Source of the DNA: a bacterium | GTDB taxonomy: Bacteria; Patescibacteriota; Minisyncoccia; Phycocordibacterales; UBA9973 | Direction of reading: 5' to 3' | DNA: 64,000 nt | NCBI GenBank assembly: GCA_037143195.1 | Contig: JBAWZD010000001.1 | Location: forward strand, 272,892 to 336,891 | Shown: one piece after another, positions 1 to 10,068 of the stretch | How the letters are laid out: each line of letters begins with the position of its first letter | How positions within the stretch are numbered: position 1 is the first letter of the stretch | Position numbers and translations under genes: made by a program | The notes under the pieces: generated by a model | Seen by the model: only the letters and a program-made list of their open reading frames with translations | What the model was told of the DNA's origin: nothing | Database searches by the model: none

Positions 1-118
1 GTTCAGTGTCACCGCCAAGGCCGAAACGGCTTTTGACAATATCAAGAGAACGATCCTGGAGTGGCGAGAGGATCTTTTTGGTGACCTGCTTGGGCTTGAA
101 TGATATCTTCTTTGACAT
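1..118 (-). CDS. Partial (N-terminus) sigma70 region 4-like HTH domain protein, runs off the window start
   Basis: Manual translation from ATG at 118: MSKKISFKPKQVTKKILSPLQDRSLDIVKSRFGLGGDTE. The L..R...I...RFGL pattern is typical of sigma70-r4 folds. Not in the ORF track. Confidence 0.65.
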   Translation of the reverse strand, partial: MSKKISFKPKQVTKKILSPLQDRSLDIVKSRFGLGGDTE

Positions 119-257
119 AAGTATGATTTGTGTTTATTTGCTACCGGTCCAATATATCATTATTTATTGTAAAGGTCAAATTTACTCATATATCGTTATT
201 TTTCAACGTATTTTTAATATCGAAACCTTCTCCAAAAAATCGGGTCGGGCAATAAAA

Positions 258-1361
258 CTAGGAGAAGAGGCGCGCAATATCGTGGTAAGTAACATATATC
301 ATCAATAAAATCAAGAGGATAAAACCACCTTGGTTAATCAGTGAAATAACGCGCTTAGAAATGCGTGATTTGCCATCAGTGGTAAACAATTCGAGGATCA
401 ACCTTCCCCCATCAAGGGCTGGAAACGGGAGCATATTGACGACAGCAAGATTCACCGAAATGAGCGCAACAAAAGAAAGGAACGATCCGAATCCAAGTGC
501 ATATGCTTGGCTTGCAATCTGAGCTATGCCGACTGGTCCTGAGACTTCTGATAGTACTCCACCCTTCCCGCCATGAACGGAAGAAGCGAGCATTGCCCCG
601 ATTCCAGTAAATACACTCTTACATTCTTGCAACGTATAGTGTGCTGCATATGAAATAGCTTTTGAAAACGGAAGTCGCACAAGTGACACCTCAGAAAGAC
701 CCACACCAATCCCAGGCTTTCCATCAACAACACCTTCACGCGGAGTAACAACAACATCACGCACTGTATGCATGTGCATAATCGAAAACGTAATCGGCGA
801 AAGGCCATTCATTTGAATAAACGAAATAACATTGCCAGCAGTATACGGCACGAGTGTTTTTCCTCCAGCCGAAATTCGCGTGATCAAATCACCTGCTTGG
901 ATTTTTGCTTCACTTGCTGGACTATTATTCACGACTTGTGTCACCAGCATTTCTGGTTTGTTCACAACGACACTCCCTGAGAAATCAGACGGCGTACCAA
1001 GAAATCCAATACTAAACGATATAACGTAGAGCACGAAGGCCAAAAGCATGTTCGCCACGATACCAGCGAGGACGACGGCCGAGCGCTTCCACTTCGCTTG
1101 GTACGAGAATGAATTCAAGACAATTTCATTTGTTTCGCTGTCAGTCTCCTCACCAAAGATTTTTACGAAACCTCCAAATGGTAGCCAGTTGAGACTAAAG
1201 AGTGTTTTCTTCCAGACAAAAAGTTTTAGGGCACGTGGCGGATATCCGATACCGAATTCATCAACACGAATACCAAACAATTTTGCAACGACAAAATGAC
1301 CGAGCTCATGAATGACCACGAGAACGACGATGACAACGAGAAAAAGGATGACTGTAGACAT
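258..1361 (-). CDS. rseP: RIP metalloprotease RseP (M50 family, PDZ domain)
   Basis: HELGH zinc motif, LPFGGFVKI, PDZ segment, NMLPFPALDGG. Confidence 0.92.
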   Translation of the reverse strand: MSTVILFLVVIVVLVVIHELGHFVVAKLFGIRVDEFGIGYPPRALKLFVWKKTLFSLNWLPFGGFVKIFGEETDSETNEIVLNSFSYQAKWKRSAVVLAGIVANMLLAFVLYVISFSIGFLGTPSDFSGSVVVNKPEMLVTQVVNNSPASEAKIQAGDLITRISAGGKTLVPYTAGNVISFIQMNGLSPITFSIMHMHTVRDVVVTPREGVVDGKPGIGVGLSEVSLVRLPFSKAISYAAHYTLQECKSVFTGIGAMLASSVHGGKGGVLSEVSGPVGIAQIASQAYALGFGSFLSFVALISVNLAVVNMLPFPALDGGRLILELFTTDGKSRISKRVISLINQGGFILLILLMIYVTYHDIARLFS

Positions 1362-1366
1362 AGAGC

Positions 1367-1906
1367 TTAGCTCATGACCTCTGTTTCTTTCGATTCAAAT
1401 ATAGCTTCGAGCTTTGAGTTTGCAGCGTCGATGCGCTTTTGAATTTCGTCTTTTGCGCGACGAGCCTCATCTTCTGGAAGTTCTGCTGACTTGAGTTCAT
1501 TGAGTGCATTCTCGCGGTCACGACGCACGCTGACGCGTGCTTCCTCCATTTTCTCTTTCAACACTTTGACGAGACGAGTACGATTTTCTGTTGTAAGTGG
1601 TGGGAAAATAACGCGCATGCCTTCGCCGTCTGTCGCAAGCGACAAACCAAGGTTTGCAGCAATGATTGCCTTTTCGACATCTTTGAGTACGGTCTTGTCC
1701 CAAAGAGTGATGCGAAGTGTTCGTGAATCTTCGATAGATACTGATCCGACGTTTTTGATTGGCTGGAATGATCCATATGCTTCAACCATGACGCCGTCGA
1801 GGAGCATTGGCGAGGCACGTCCAGTGTGTACGCGAGAATATTCGCGACCGAGCCAATCTGTTGATTCTTTTAAATTTGTATCGAGACTTGAAAAATTGAA
1901 TGCCAT
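1367..1906 (-). CDS. frr: Ribosome recycling factor
   Basis: HTGRASP, FPPLTTENR, ARVSVRRDR motifs, 179 aa. Confidence 0.96.
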   Translation of the reverse strand: MAFNFSSLDTNLKESTDWLGREYSRVHTGRASPMLLDGVMVEAYGSFQPIKNVGSVSIEDSRTLRITLWDKTVLKDVEKAIIAANLGLSLATDGEGMRVIFPPLTTENRTRLVKVLKEKMEEARVSVRRDRENALNELKSAELPEDEARRAKDEIQKRIDAANSKLEAIFESKETEVMS

Positions 1907-1943
1907 ATTGGGTTAGTATAATAGGAAACGCACAATTAGTAAA

Positions 1944-2594
1944 TTAGAGGGTAAGCGCAAGCGTTTCGAGAATCATTCGCGATGAAGCACCTGGGATATA
2001 GAGGTATTTCTTAAATTTTAAAATCTGTTCGAGCTTCGATGCATTTTTTTGCAAATCTTCGGACAATGATTGTTCGAGCGCATCGAGGAGCGCGAGCGTA
2101 CGCTCGCGCACTTCTGCCGCTGCTTCCTCATCATCTGATTTTTCTACGAGCTTCGCAACAAGCGACAATCGTTGCTGCTGCGCGCTTCGCAAAAAATCGA
2201 GCGCTTCTTTTTTGAAATCATCATTTCGTACTGGAGTGATTACTCGGACACGAGACAACAATGTTGGAAGCAAAACATCAGGTTTTGGAATTGCAAAAAA
2301 AATGTGTGTGTTCGGGATTGGCTCTTCGAGCGTCTTAAGCAGCGCGTTCTCTGCTTCACGAGTAATAAAATCTGCGTACACGACATGAACTTTGTGTCCT
2401 CCGTTCATCGAGGTGAGTTCTTGCCATGCACGGAGTTCGCGCGCGTCCTCAATTGCAAATGAGACGAGTTCGCGGAATACGAAATCGGAATTGCTTGTCT
2501 GAGCGAATCCGTGCTCGGTGAGCATGGATTCGATGTGGGCGCGCGCGGTAGCGCGCGCCCCGCCCACTACATACGCATGAAATAATTCCTCCAT
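1944..2594 (-). CDS. DNA polymerase III delta-prime-like protein (short, degenerate)
   Basis: HAY at N-terminus, EAENALLKTLEEP, LLPTLLSR motifs of HolB. Lacks Walker A and Zn region. Confidence 0.75.
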   Translation of the reverse strand: MEELFHAYVVGGARATARAHIESMLTEHGFAQTSNSDFVFRELVSFAIEDARELRAWQELTSMNGGHKVHVVYADFITREAENALLKTLEEPIPNTHIFFAIPKPDVLLPTLLSRVRVITPVRNDDFKKEALDFLRSAQQQRLSLVAKLVEKSDDEEAAAEVRERTLALLDALEQSLSEDLQKNASKLEQILKFKKYLYIPGASSRMILETLALTL

Positions 2595-2603
2595 ACGAAA
2601 ATA

Positions 2604-3611
2604 TTATCGCTTACTCATGATCGAACGCTTGTAGGTCGAAAGATGTTCCAAAGCGATTCCCGTCCCCTTCACCACACAAAAGAGCGCATCATCTGCAAGT
2701 ACCGCCTTCACACCAGTGCGTCGATAAATCAAATCTGGAAAATTACGAAGCTGTGATGTCCCTCCTGTCATAATGATACCTGCATCAATAATATCCGCAG
2801 CAAGTTCTGGTGGCGTTTCCTGCAACACATCTTTAATAGCTTTGACCACCTGACGCAGTTCTGGATCAATCGCACGCACGATTTCGTTTGTCGAGACCTG
2901 TGCCGTACGTGGCAATCCCTGTACAAAGTCTCGTCCTTTGATTGTCATCGTCAATTCTTCTTCGAGTGGTACGGCGGCACCAATTTCCATTTTTATTTTT
3001 TCAGCAGTCTTGTCTCCGATTGCCAAATTAAATGTTTTGCGAATATATTCTGCGATTGCGTGATCGATTTTGTCTCCGGCGCATTTGACCGAAGTTGAAG
3101 CCACAATTCCACCGAGTGCGATGACCGCAACGTCTGTTGTCCCTCCACCAATATCTACGATCATATGTCCGCGTGATTCTTGAATCGGAATACCCGCACC
3201 AATAGCAGCGAGAATCGGCTCCTTCACCACATACGCATTTTTTGCGCCCGCGCGGAGCGCTGCCTCAACGACAGCACGACGTTCAGTAGATGTAATTCCA
3301 GCAGGAACTGAAATCATCGCTTCTGGTTTAAAGAGGTTCCATTTACCGAGTGCTTTTGAAATGAAGTAGCGAAGCATTGCTTCCGTCACGCGGTAGTCTG
3401 CGATAACTCCATCTTTCATTGGACGATACGCAATAATAGACTCAGGAGTCTTTCCGATCATTTCCTTTGCCTCGATTCCAATAGCCAAAATAGTGTTGTC
3501 TTGTTCCGAAACAGCAACAACAGACGGTTCATTCAAAATAATACCTTTTCCAGGGATATAGACGAGCGTGTTGGCAGTGCCAAGGTCAATTCCGATTTTC
3601 TTTCCAAACAT
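2604..3611 (-). CDS. mreB: Rod shape-determining actin MreB/Mbl
   Basis: IGIDLGTANT, EPSVVA, DIGGGTTD, TGGTSQL. Start reassigned to ATG 3611, with TATAAT 6 nt upstream. Confidence 0.96.
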   Translation of the reverse strand: MFGKKIGIDLGTANTLVYIPGKGIILNEPSVVAVSEQDNTILAIGIEAKEMIGKTPESIIAYRPMKDGVIADYRVTEAMLRYFISKALGKWNLFKPEAMISVPAGITSTERRAVVEAALRAGAKNAYVVKEPILAAIGAGIPIQESRGHMIVDIGGGTTDVAVIALGGIVASTSVKCAGDKIDHAIAEYIRKTFNLAIGDKTAEKIKMEIGAAVPLEEELTMTIKGRDFVQGLPRTAQVSTNEIVRAIDPELRQVVKAIKDVLQETPPELAADIIDAGIIMTGGTSQLRNFPDLIYRRTGVKAVLADDALFCVVKGTGIALEHLSTYKRSIMSKR

Positions 3612-3647
3612 GTGCGGATTATATGCTAATCCGTCGTATATGTAAAA

Positions 3648-3681
3648 GTGCCTGCCATTTCCCGTAGGAAATGGCAGGCAC
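3648..3681 (-). terminator. Intrinsic terminator of the small cassette gene
   Basis: 15-bp stem GTGCCTGCCATTTCC/GGAAATGGCAGGCAC with T-run on the minus strand. Confidence 0.75.
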
Positions 3682-3683
3682 AC

Positions 3684-3932
3684 TTAATTATTCTCCGGAC
3701 TATTTGGCCCGAAAAATGGATGATCTTGCTCAACCTTGTCACGAGCGAGCACATTTTTAAAAAAAATAAACCAGCATGTACACACAACGGTAAAGATACA
3801 GAAACCACATATCACCGTTGCCATGGTATGCCCCTTGAAGAACGAAAATAATTGTGCTATTTTCGTAATTATTATGGTGGCTCCTAATGACATGACGAAG
3901 GTCAAAGGAAGCACTCGTTGCAAGTTCCTCAT
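3684..3932 (-). CDS. Small orphan membrane protein (82 aa, 2 TM)
   Basis: MRNLQRVLPLTFVMSLG... preceded by a TTGACA promoter and AAAACCAAATTT leader, followed by a terminator. Confidence 0.6.
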   Translation of the reverse strand: MRNLQRVLPLTFVMSLGATIIITKIAQLFSFFKGHTMATVICGFCIFTVVCTCWFIFFKNVLARDKVEQDHPFFGPNSPENN

Positions 3933-4031
3933 AAATTTGGTTTTCAAAACTGTAAGTAAAATTACATACTTTGTCAACCACCCGCTACCCTCTGTTCCAG
4001 ATAGGGTGACTTCGTGCTTTAATGGCGGTAT

Positions 4032-5963
4032 ATGTGGATTGTTGAGGTCGTTCCAATCAAACGAGGGCTCCCCAAGGAGACCCTCACCTATTTCTCGTCG
4101 GAGCACGTACCTGACGGGACCGTTGTTTCAGTGCCGATTCGATCAAAATCGGTCGATGCTGTAGCCGTAGCATGTCGCGATGCCAAAGAGGAAAAATCGG
4201 CAATTAAGTCTGGCTCGTTTGCACTCAAGAAGATTCTCAAAGTCAAAGTTGGCTCGCCAGTCCCCGCCTCCATATTTGAGACAGCCAAACTCTCCGCACA
4301 ATACTATCGAGGAAGTCGTGGAACAATTCTCAATTTTCTCATTCCGGACTATTCATATTATGGACTGTTCGCGCACGAGGAAAACAAGCCACGCAGCACT
4401 GAAGCCCAACCTGAACGATTGCTCTTTCAATCACCGCTTGACGACCGCCTCGCTTTCTATCGCACCTATATACGTGAAGCATTCGCCAAAAAAGAATCCG
4501 TCACTTTTGTCTGTCCGACAATTGCAGACTGCTCACTCTTTGCCGAAGCACTTGCGCGCGGAGTATCTGATTTCGTCGTCGTGCTCAATAGCGAAATCTC
4601 AAAAAAGAAACTTGTCGATACGATCAAAAAATTGTCGACAGACAAACATGCGTTCGTCACGATTTGTACACCGACGTATGCCACACTCATGCGGCCAGAC
4701 ACAGGTACGATCATTCTTGAACATGAAAGTTCAAGTGCCTACGCCACACCAACACACCCCTCATACGATTTTCGTGTATTGATTGAACTGTTTGCACGAT
4801 GCTCTGGAAAGAAATTCATTCTTGGAGACAGCTTGCTTCGCGTCGAGACACTCGGCCGACATGAGACCAAGGAGCTCGGCACGATTGCGCCAATTACGTT
4901 TCGTGCGCTTGCACCAATTGAAATCACTGTCATTCCTCACGGAGTGCCCGCGGAGCTACCGCTCCGCGCCCGTAGCGACCAAGTCCCCGCTCTCTCCGAA
5001 CCAATGCGCGCACTCATTGGTCGTGCCCTCGAAAAGAAATCACACATCTTTGCCTTCGCGCTTCGCACGGGACTTGCTACGTTTACGCGTTGTCGTGATT
5101 GTGGACAGACGTGTCTATGTGAATATTGTGAAGCGCCACTCGTACTCTACACAATCCCATCAGGCAAACGCGTATTCATTTGCAACAAATGCAAACGTCA
5201 CAAACCATCTGAACAAAAGTGCGCCCGATGTAATAGCTGGAATCTTGGCGCAATTGGTACCGGTACAGAATTCGTCGAAGAAGAAATTCGTCGACTGTAT
5301 CCCGACCTTCCAGTCTTTCGTATTGACCGCGAAGCGACACCCACACGCACAGAGGCACGCAAAGTCGCTTCGCTATTCACTTCGGCACCAGCCGGAGTCC
5401 TCGTTGGCACAGAGATGGCACTCTTTTATTTGAGTGAGGCCATTACAGATTCAATCGTCGTATCATTTGATACGCTTTTCAATATTCCAAGTTACCGAGC
5501 AAGCGAGCGCATCATCGAACTCTTCCTCGCCATCGCTGAACGCACCCGAGGCAAGCTCTATGTCCAAACCAAAAGTCCGGACGAGCCAATCATTGAACTC
5601 ATACAATCAAACAATTACGCGTCATGGTATCGCAACGAACTCGCCGAGCGTATTGAATACAACTACCCTCCGGCATCAACCATCATCAAAATCACTTGGC
5701 GTGGCAAAGAATCTGAAAAAGATGCGGCAAAAGATTATCTCCAAGAATTACTCGCTCCGTGCGCACCAGATATTTTTGAGAGCATCATTGTTGTCAAAGG
5801 CAAAAAAGAAATTGCCGTAAACGCCGTCATTCGTCCGAAGCGCGACGAATGGTCGCTCTACGCGCTCCAAGAAGGCAAAGGCCTCTCAGAAAACCTCCGC
5901 CAAATCCTCGCAAAACTTCCCGACGAATGCATCATTTCGGTCAATCCGGACAACTTATTGTAG
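4032..5963 (+). CDS. priA: Primosomal protein N' (PriA-like, helicase motifs degenerate)
   Basis: N-terminal 3'-DNA-binding domain (LTYF...VSVP), four CxxC pairs, GTE...EE, VLVGT. No Walker A or DEAH. Confidence 0.85.
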   Translation: MWIVEVVPIKRGLPKETLTYFSSEHVPDGTVVSVPIRSKSVDAVAVACRDAKEEKSAIKSGSFALKKILKVKVGSPVPASIFETAKLSAQYYRGSRGTILNFLIPDYSYYGLFAHEENKPRSTEAQPERLLFQSPLDDRLAFYRTYIREAFAKKESVTFVCPTIADCSLFAEALARGVSDFVVVLNSEISKKKLVDTIKKLSTDKHAFVTICTPTYATLMRPDTGTIILEHESSSAYATPTHPSYDFRVLIELFARCSGKKFILGDSLLRVETLGRHETKELGTIAPITFRALAPIEITVIPHGVPAELPLRARSDQVPALSEPMRALIGRALEKKSHIFAFALRTGLATFTRCRDCGQTCLCEYCEAPLVLYTIPSGKRVFICNKCKRHKPSEQKCARCNSWNLGAIGTGTEFVEEEIRRLYPDLPVFRIDREATPTRTEARKVASLFTSAPAGVLVGTEMALFYLSEAITDSIVVSFDTLFNIPSYRASERIIELFLAIAERTRGKLYVQTKSPDEPIIELIQSNNYASWYRNELAERIEYNYPPASTIIKITWRGKESEKDAAKDYLQELLAPCAPDIFESIIVVKGKKEIAVNAVIRPKRDEWSLYALQEGKGLSENLRQILAKLPDECIISVNPDNLL

Positions 5964-6012
5964 AAAATCCCCCAACAATTGTTGGAGGATTTTACTTTTG
6001 AGCTTAGTATTT

Positions 6013-6351
6013 TTAACTGCTCGCATTTTCGATGTAAATATTCATTGACACTTCCGCAATTAGAAGTGTTATTGGAAGCGCGATTGATACGAGTAGGGCG
6101 ATTTCACTATATTTTACGCTGACAGGTCCAATTGAAAAAATTGATCCCATCATAAGCAAATCGAATACTACTGGAGCAAACGACCAGATTGAATTTTCTG
6201 GTGAAAATTTCCAAATTGCCGCCGTAACACACAGCAAAGCAATAAACGATAGCACAAGGCCGTCCTTTGGTGTTTGATAGCAGGCTGCCACATCAAGGGC
6301 AGCACCACACAAAAAATAAAATGCGATCAGTAATTTTTTATTATATTCCAT
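6013..6351 (-). CDS. Orphan membrane protein (4 TM)
   Basis: AT-rich hydrophobic ORF with its own TTGACA promoter and a hairpin at ~5964-5992. Confidence 0.6.
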   Translation of the reverse strand: MEYNKKLLIAFYFLCGAALDVAACYQTPKDGLVLSFIALLCVTAAIWKFSPENSIWSFAPVVFDLLMMGSIFSIGPVSVKYSEIALLVSIALPITLLIAEVSMNIYIENASS

Positions 6352-6535
6352 GAGAAAGAACTGTTGTTTTATCCAGTTAGTTAAATTTTAACACTTATAT
6401 TTAATAGTGTCAATTATTCACAATATAACATCTCAGAAGCGAGTGCGGTTTTGCTTCGCTGAGGCTCGCGATATTTATCAAACTATTGGCTTTGTAACTT
6501 GCGTTTCCGCTTTTCTCGTGGTATCCTCATTCGGC

Positions 6536-6799
6536 ATGAATAGCAAACCAACAATCGAAGTCAAAAAGGCTTCAAATGAGAGCAACATGACTCTCATCCG
6601 TCGTTTTAGTCGTCGCGTCCAAGAGGCTGGCATCATCCGTGCTGTCAAAGCTCAGCGTTACCACGACCGCGCACCATCAAAGCTTGATCGCAAAACATCA
6701 GCTATCAATCGTCTCAAGCGAGGCAAAGAAGTTGAGCGTTTGAAAAAGCTCGGCAAATGGGTAGAACGTGAACGCGGTGCTCCACGTAAACAAGCATAA
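6536..6799 (+). CDS. rpsU: 30S ribosomal protein bS21
   Basis: IEVKK..NES...LIRRFSRRVQEAGI...Y...PS pattern. Start at ATG 6536. Confidence 0.8.
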   Translation: MNSKPTIEVKKASNESNMTLIRRFSRRVQEAGIIRAVKAQRYHDRAPSKLDRKTSAINRLKRGKEVERLKKLGKWVERERGAPRKQA

Positions 6800-7179
6800 T
6801 GACTGGAGATTTCTCAATCACCAACAGAACAAACGGCAAGCTTCCACGCTTGCCGTTTGAGCAGGTAAAGGACGCAATACTTGGACCAAAGTATTCTCTT
6901 TCGGTTGCGCTCGTCACTCCCAAAGAATCGCACAAACTCAATCTCACTTATCGCCAAAAAGACAAGCCAACGAACGTGCTCTCGTTTCCATTCGGAAAAA
7001 ATTCTGGTGAACTTGTCCTCGATCTCAAAACATCACGCGCTGATGCGGTGAATTTTGACATGACGCCGGACAATTTTTTGCTTTTTCTCGTTATCCACGG
7101 AATGCTTCATTTGAAAGGTTACGACCATGGTAGTACAATGGAGAAAGCGGAAAAGAAATTTTTGAAAAAGTTCTTGTAA
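6799..7179 (+). CDS. ybeY: rRNA maturation endoribonuclease YbeY
   Basis: LNLTYRQKDKPTNVLSF and HGMLHLKGYDH motifs. Confidence 0.95.
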   Translation: MTGDFSITNRTNGKLPRLPFEQVKDAILGPKYSLSVALVTPKESHKLNLTYRQKDKPTNVLSFPFGKNSGELVLDLKTSRADAVNFDMTPDNFLLFLVIHGMLHLKGYDHGSTMEKAEKKFLKKFL

Positions 7180-7210
7180 TTTTTTCTTGCGATTTGTTTT
7201 CTCACCCACA

Positions 7211-8374
7211 ATGGCTCGACCTACTATCACCGTCGGTATAGATCTCGGCACGGCAACAACTCGCTGTGTGGTTTTTTCGTGGATGCCCGGAGCGAGCAAT
7301 CCTGAAACACTCGCCTCCGTCTCCGTGCCTTCACGAGGCATGCGTCACGGATACATCGTCAATCTCTCTGATGCTGCAGGATCTATCAAACGTGCTGTAG
7401 CGCAAGCAGAGAAAGAAGCAAATATTCAAATCAAAAAAGCAGCCTTCTCACTCGGAGGTACAAGTCTCTCCGCAGAATCTGGGGTTGGAAGTGCCATTAT
7501 TTCAAAATCTGATGGCGAGGTCACAGCTTTTGATACAAAGACAGCGCTCACTGGCGCAGAAGAATCGCTCGATCTTAAAAATCGCCGCATCATTCATCAA
7601 GCCCCAATGGTGTGGAAACTCGACGGCAAAGAAATGCAGAACCCTCCGGTTGGAATGCATGGAGTAAAGCTTGAGGTAAAAGTAGTTTTCGTAACCTGTC
7701 TTTCACAGCACCTCGATGATCTATTGTCTGCAGCTGGCGAGGCTGGTATTGAAGTCGTCGATGTCATTCCCTCATCAGTCGCAGCGAGTACGATTGCACT
7801 CAGTGATCGTCAGCGCACCGTGGGTGTCATGCTCGCCAACATTGGCGCAGAAACTGTTTCAATAGCTGTCTTTGAAAACGGAGCACTCATCGGCATGTCT
7901 GTCTTTCCCATTGGTTCGACCGATATCACCAACGACATCGCGCTCGGTTTTCGCATTTCACTCGAAGAAGCTGAAGGCATCAAGACAGGTAGTGTGATGA
8001 CCATGGCCTACCCAAAACGCAAGGTGGACGACATCATCGAAGCTCGATTGTCAGACATATTTGAATTGATCGATGGATATCTCAAGAAAATTAAACGAAG
8101 TGGTTTGCTCCCCGCAGGAGTCGTTATCACCGGAGGAGGAAGCGGACACGCGCTCGTTGAGGGTCTCGCAAAAGATATGTTGCGTCTCCCCTCGCGCGTC
8201 TCAAGCGACGACGTCCTCTCACAAATGAAAAGTCCAATCCGTGATTCATCGTGGTACGTAGCATTCGGCCTCGGATTTATGGCCAAAGAAAACGAAGCGA
8301 GCGGCAAATCTCGCGGTACATCAGGTGGAGGTTCAGGACTCTTCAAAGAATTCTTGCGACAGTTTTTGCCATAA
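7211..8374 (+). CDS. ftsA: Cell division protein FtsA
   Basis: GIDLGT, SRGMRHG, ITNDIA, IIEARL, GVVITGGG. Upstream of ftsZ. Confidence 0.93.
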   Translation: MARPTITVGIDLGTATTRCVVFSWMPGASNPETLASVSVPSRGMRHGYIVNLSDAAGSIKRAVAQAEKEANIQIKKAAFSLGGTSLSAESGVGSAIISKSDGEVTAFDTKTALTGAEESLDLKNRRIIHQAPMVWKLDGKEMQNPPVGMHGVKLEVKVVFVTCLSQHLDDLLSAAGEAGIEVVDVIPSSVAASTIALSDRQRTVGVMLANIGAETVSIAVFENGALIGMSVFPIGSTDITNDIALGFRISLEEAEGIKTGSVMTMAYPKRKVDDIIEARLSDIFELIDGYLKKIKRSGLLPAGVVITGGGSGHALVEGLAKDMLRLPSRVSSDDVLSQMKSPIRDSSWYVAFGLGFMAKENEASGKSRGTSGGGSGLFKEFLRQFLP

Positions 8375-8421
8375 AAAAATACCCAACCTTGAAGGCTGGG
8401 CTTTTAAATGTGAACAATGTT

Positions 8422-8646
8422 TTAGATTTTATGCATCGCATGAGCGATCGCATAAGCAATGGAACAAGTTGCGATAAGTGCACCGACCAAAAATTTTCTC
8501 CACCAGATTCTTGTTCTTTTTTTGTTTTCAATGATACCCGCCTCGTCGATCGGGATTTCAATCGGGTACACAAGGCTTAGCCTCTGTGCTAACTCAAGAG
8601 CCTCCTTTGTAGGCTGATACCCTACTTTCTTTTTTTTAGAAAACAT
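8422..8646 (-). CDS. Small orphan protein with C-terminal TM, inserted antisense between ftsA and ftsZ
   Basis: 74-aa ORF with TTGACA...TAGAGT promoter, A-rich leader and downstream hairpin. Confidence 0.6.
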   Translation of the reverse strand: MFSKKKKVGYQPTKEALELAQRLSLVYPIEIPIDEAGIIENKKRTRIWWRKFLVGALIATCSIAYAIAHAMHKI

Positions 8647-8800
8647 AAATTTATTTTTAATGCGTTCAATTATTACCTAAACTCTACGCCAATTACAAAC
8701 CCTGTCAATAGCAAAACAGGTGCGTTTACACCCATTTCTTTTTTTAGAATATCTGATAGAATGACGCAGGTTCGTTACTAGCTTTTAGCCCTATTATTCT

Positions 8801-10036
8801 ATGCCCAAAATCAATCCTGAAGTCGAGACATTCGCCCGCATCAAAGTCATCGGAGTTGGAGGTTCCGGAAAGAACGCCATCAACCACATGATCAACGCCA
8901 AAGTTCGTGGTGTTGAATTCATCGTGATGAATACCGATACGCAAGACCTCCACAATTCGCTCGCAGACAAAAAAATCCACATCGGAAAAAATCTCACTCG
9001 CGGTCTCGGCGCAGGAATGAATCCTGACGTGGGCAAACGCGCAGCCGAGGAAACCAAAGCTGAAATTCAGGATGTCATCAAGGGCTCTGACATGGTTTTC
9101 ATCGCGTGTGGAATGGGAGGAGGTACCGGTACTGGTGCTGCTCCAATCGTTGCAAAATCTTCAAAGGAGCAAGGTATTCTCACCGTTGCTGTCGTTACGA
9201 AGCCATTCTTCTTCGAAGGCAATCAGCGTTCACGCATTGCTGAAGAAGGTCTCCGCGAACTCGAAAAGGAAGTCGATGCAATCATCGTCATTCCAAACGA
9301 CAAGCTCATGCAGATCGCAGGCAAGGACATGGGATTCCGCGATGCATTCGCGCTCTGTGACTCTGTTCTCCAGCAAGCAGTCGAAGGTATCTCTGACCTC
9401 ATCACAACTCCAGGAGTCATCAACGTAGACTTCGCCGACATCAAAGCCATCATGGCAGATACGGGTACCGCACTCATGGGTATCGGTATGGGTTCAGGAG
9501 AAGGTCGCGCAGGCAAGGCAGCAACTGAAGCTATCAATTCCCCACTCCTTGAAGTTTCAATCAATGGAGCACGTGGCGTCCTCTTTGCAATCTCAGGTGG
9601 CGACGACCTCACTATCCACGAGATTCAAGAAGCTGCAAAAATCATCACTGAGTCAATTGACAGAGAAGCAAAGGTTATCTTCGGAACAATCAAAGACGAT
9701 CGTCTCAAAAAAGGCGAAGTCAAAGTCACTGTCATTGCGACTGGTTTCCCAACAGAGACCAACCCAAAGCGCTCACTCTTCCAGCCATCGTTTGCTCAGG
9801 CGACTGCCCAGCAGACAGTACAGGCAGTTGATCGCGCAGAAACACCAACACCTGCTCCAAAAAAGGAACAGCCAGTTGTACAAGCAACAGCTCCGATGGC
9901 AAGTGATTTCGTAAAGCGTCCAACGATCGAGAAAACTGTTGAAGTCTCTTCAAATCGCGACGACATCCCAACATTCGGCGACGACACAGACGATTGGAGT
10001 GCGGTTCCTGCATTCCTCCGCCGTCCAAAAAAATAG
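8801..10036 (+). CDS. ftsZ: Cell division protein FtsZ
   Basis: GMGGGTGTG tubulin motif, INVDFAD, C-terminal VPAFLRR. Confidence 0.98.
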   Translation: MPKINPEVETFARIKVIGVGGSGKNAINHMINAKVRGVEFIVMNTDTQDLHNSLADKKIHIGKNLTRGLGAGMNPDVGKRAAEETKAEIQDVIKGSDMVFIACGMGGGTGTGAAPIVAKSSKEQGILTVAVVTKPFFFEGNQRSRIAEEGLRELEKEVDAIIVIPNDKLMQIAGKDMGFRDAFALCDSVLQQAVEGISDLITTPGVINVDFADIKAIMADTGTALMGIGMGSGEGRAGKAATEAINSPLLEVSINGARGVLFAISGGDDLTIHEIQEAAKIITESIDREAKVIFGTIKDDRLKKGEVKVTVIATGFPTETNPKRSLFQPSFAQATAQQTVQAVDRAETPTPAPKKEQPVVQATAPMASDFVKRPTIEKTVEVSSNRDDIPTFGDDTDDWSAVPAFLRRPKK

Positions 10037-10068
10037 GCAGAATTTGACTCACTTGGTATAATCTACCT

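Noticed and set aside
4032-5963. priA as a pseudogene because helicase motifs are missing
   Set aside because: The ORF is intact with a Zn module. Helicase-deficient PriA is a known form in several lineages.
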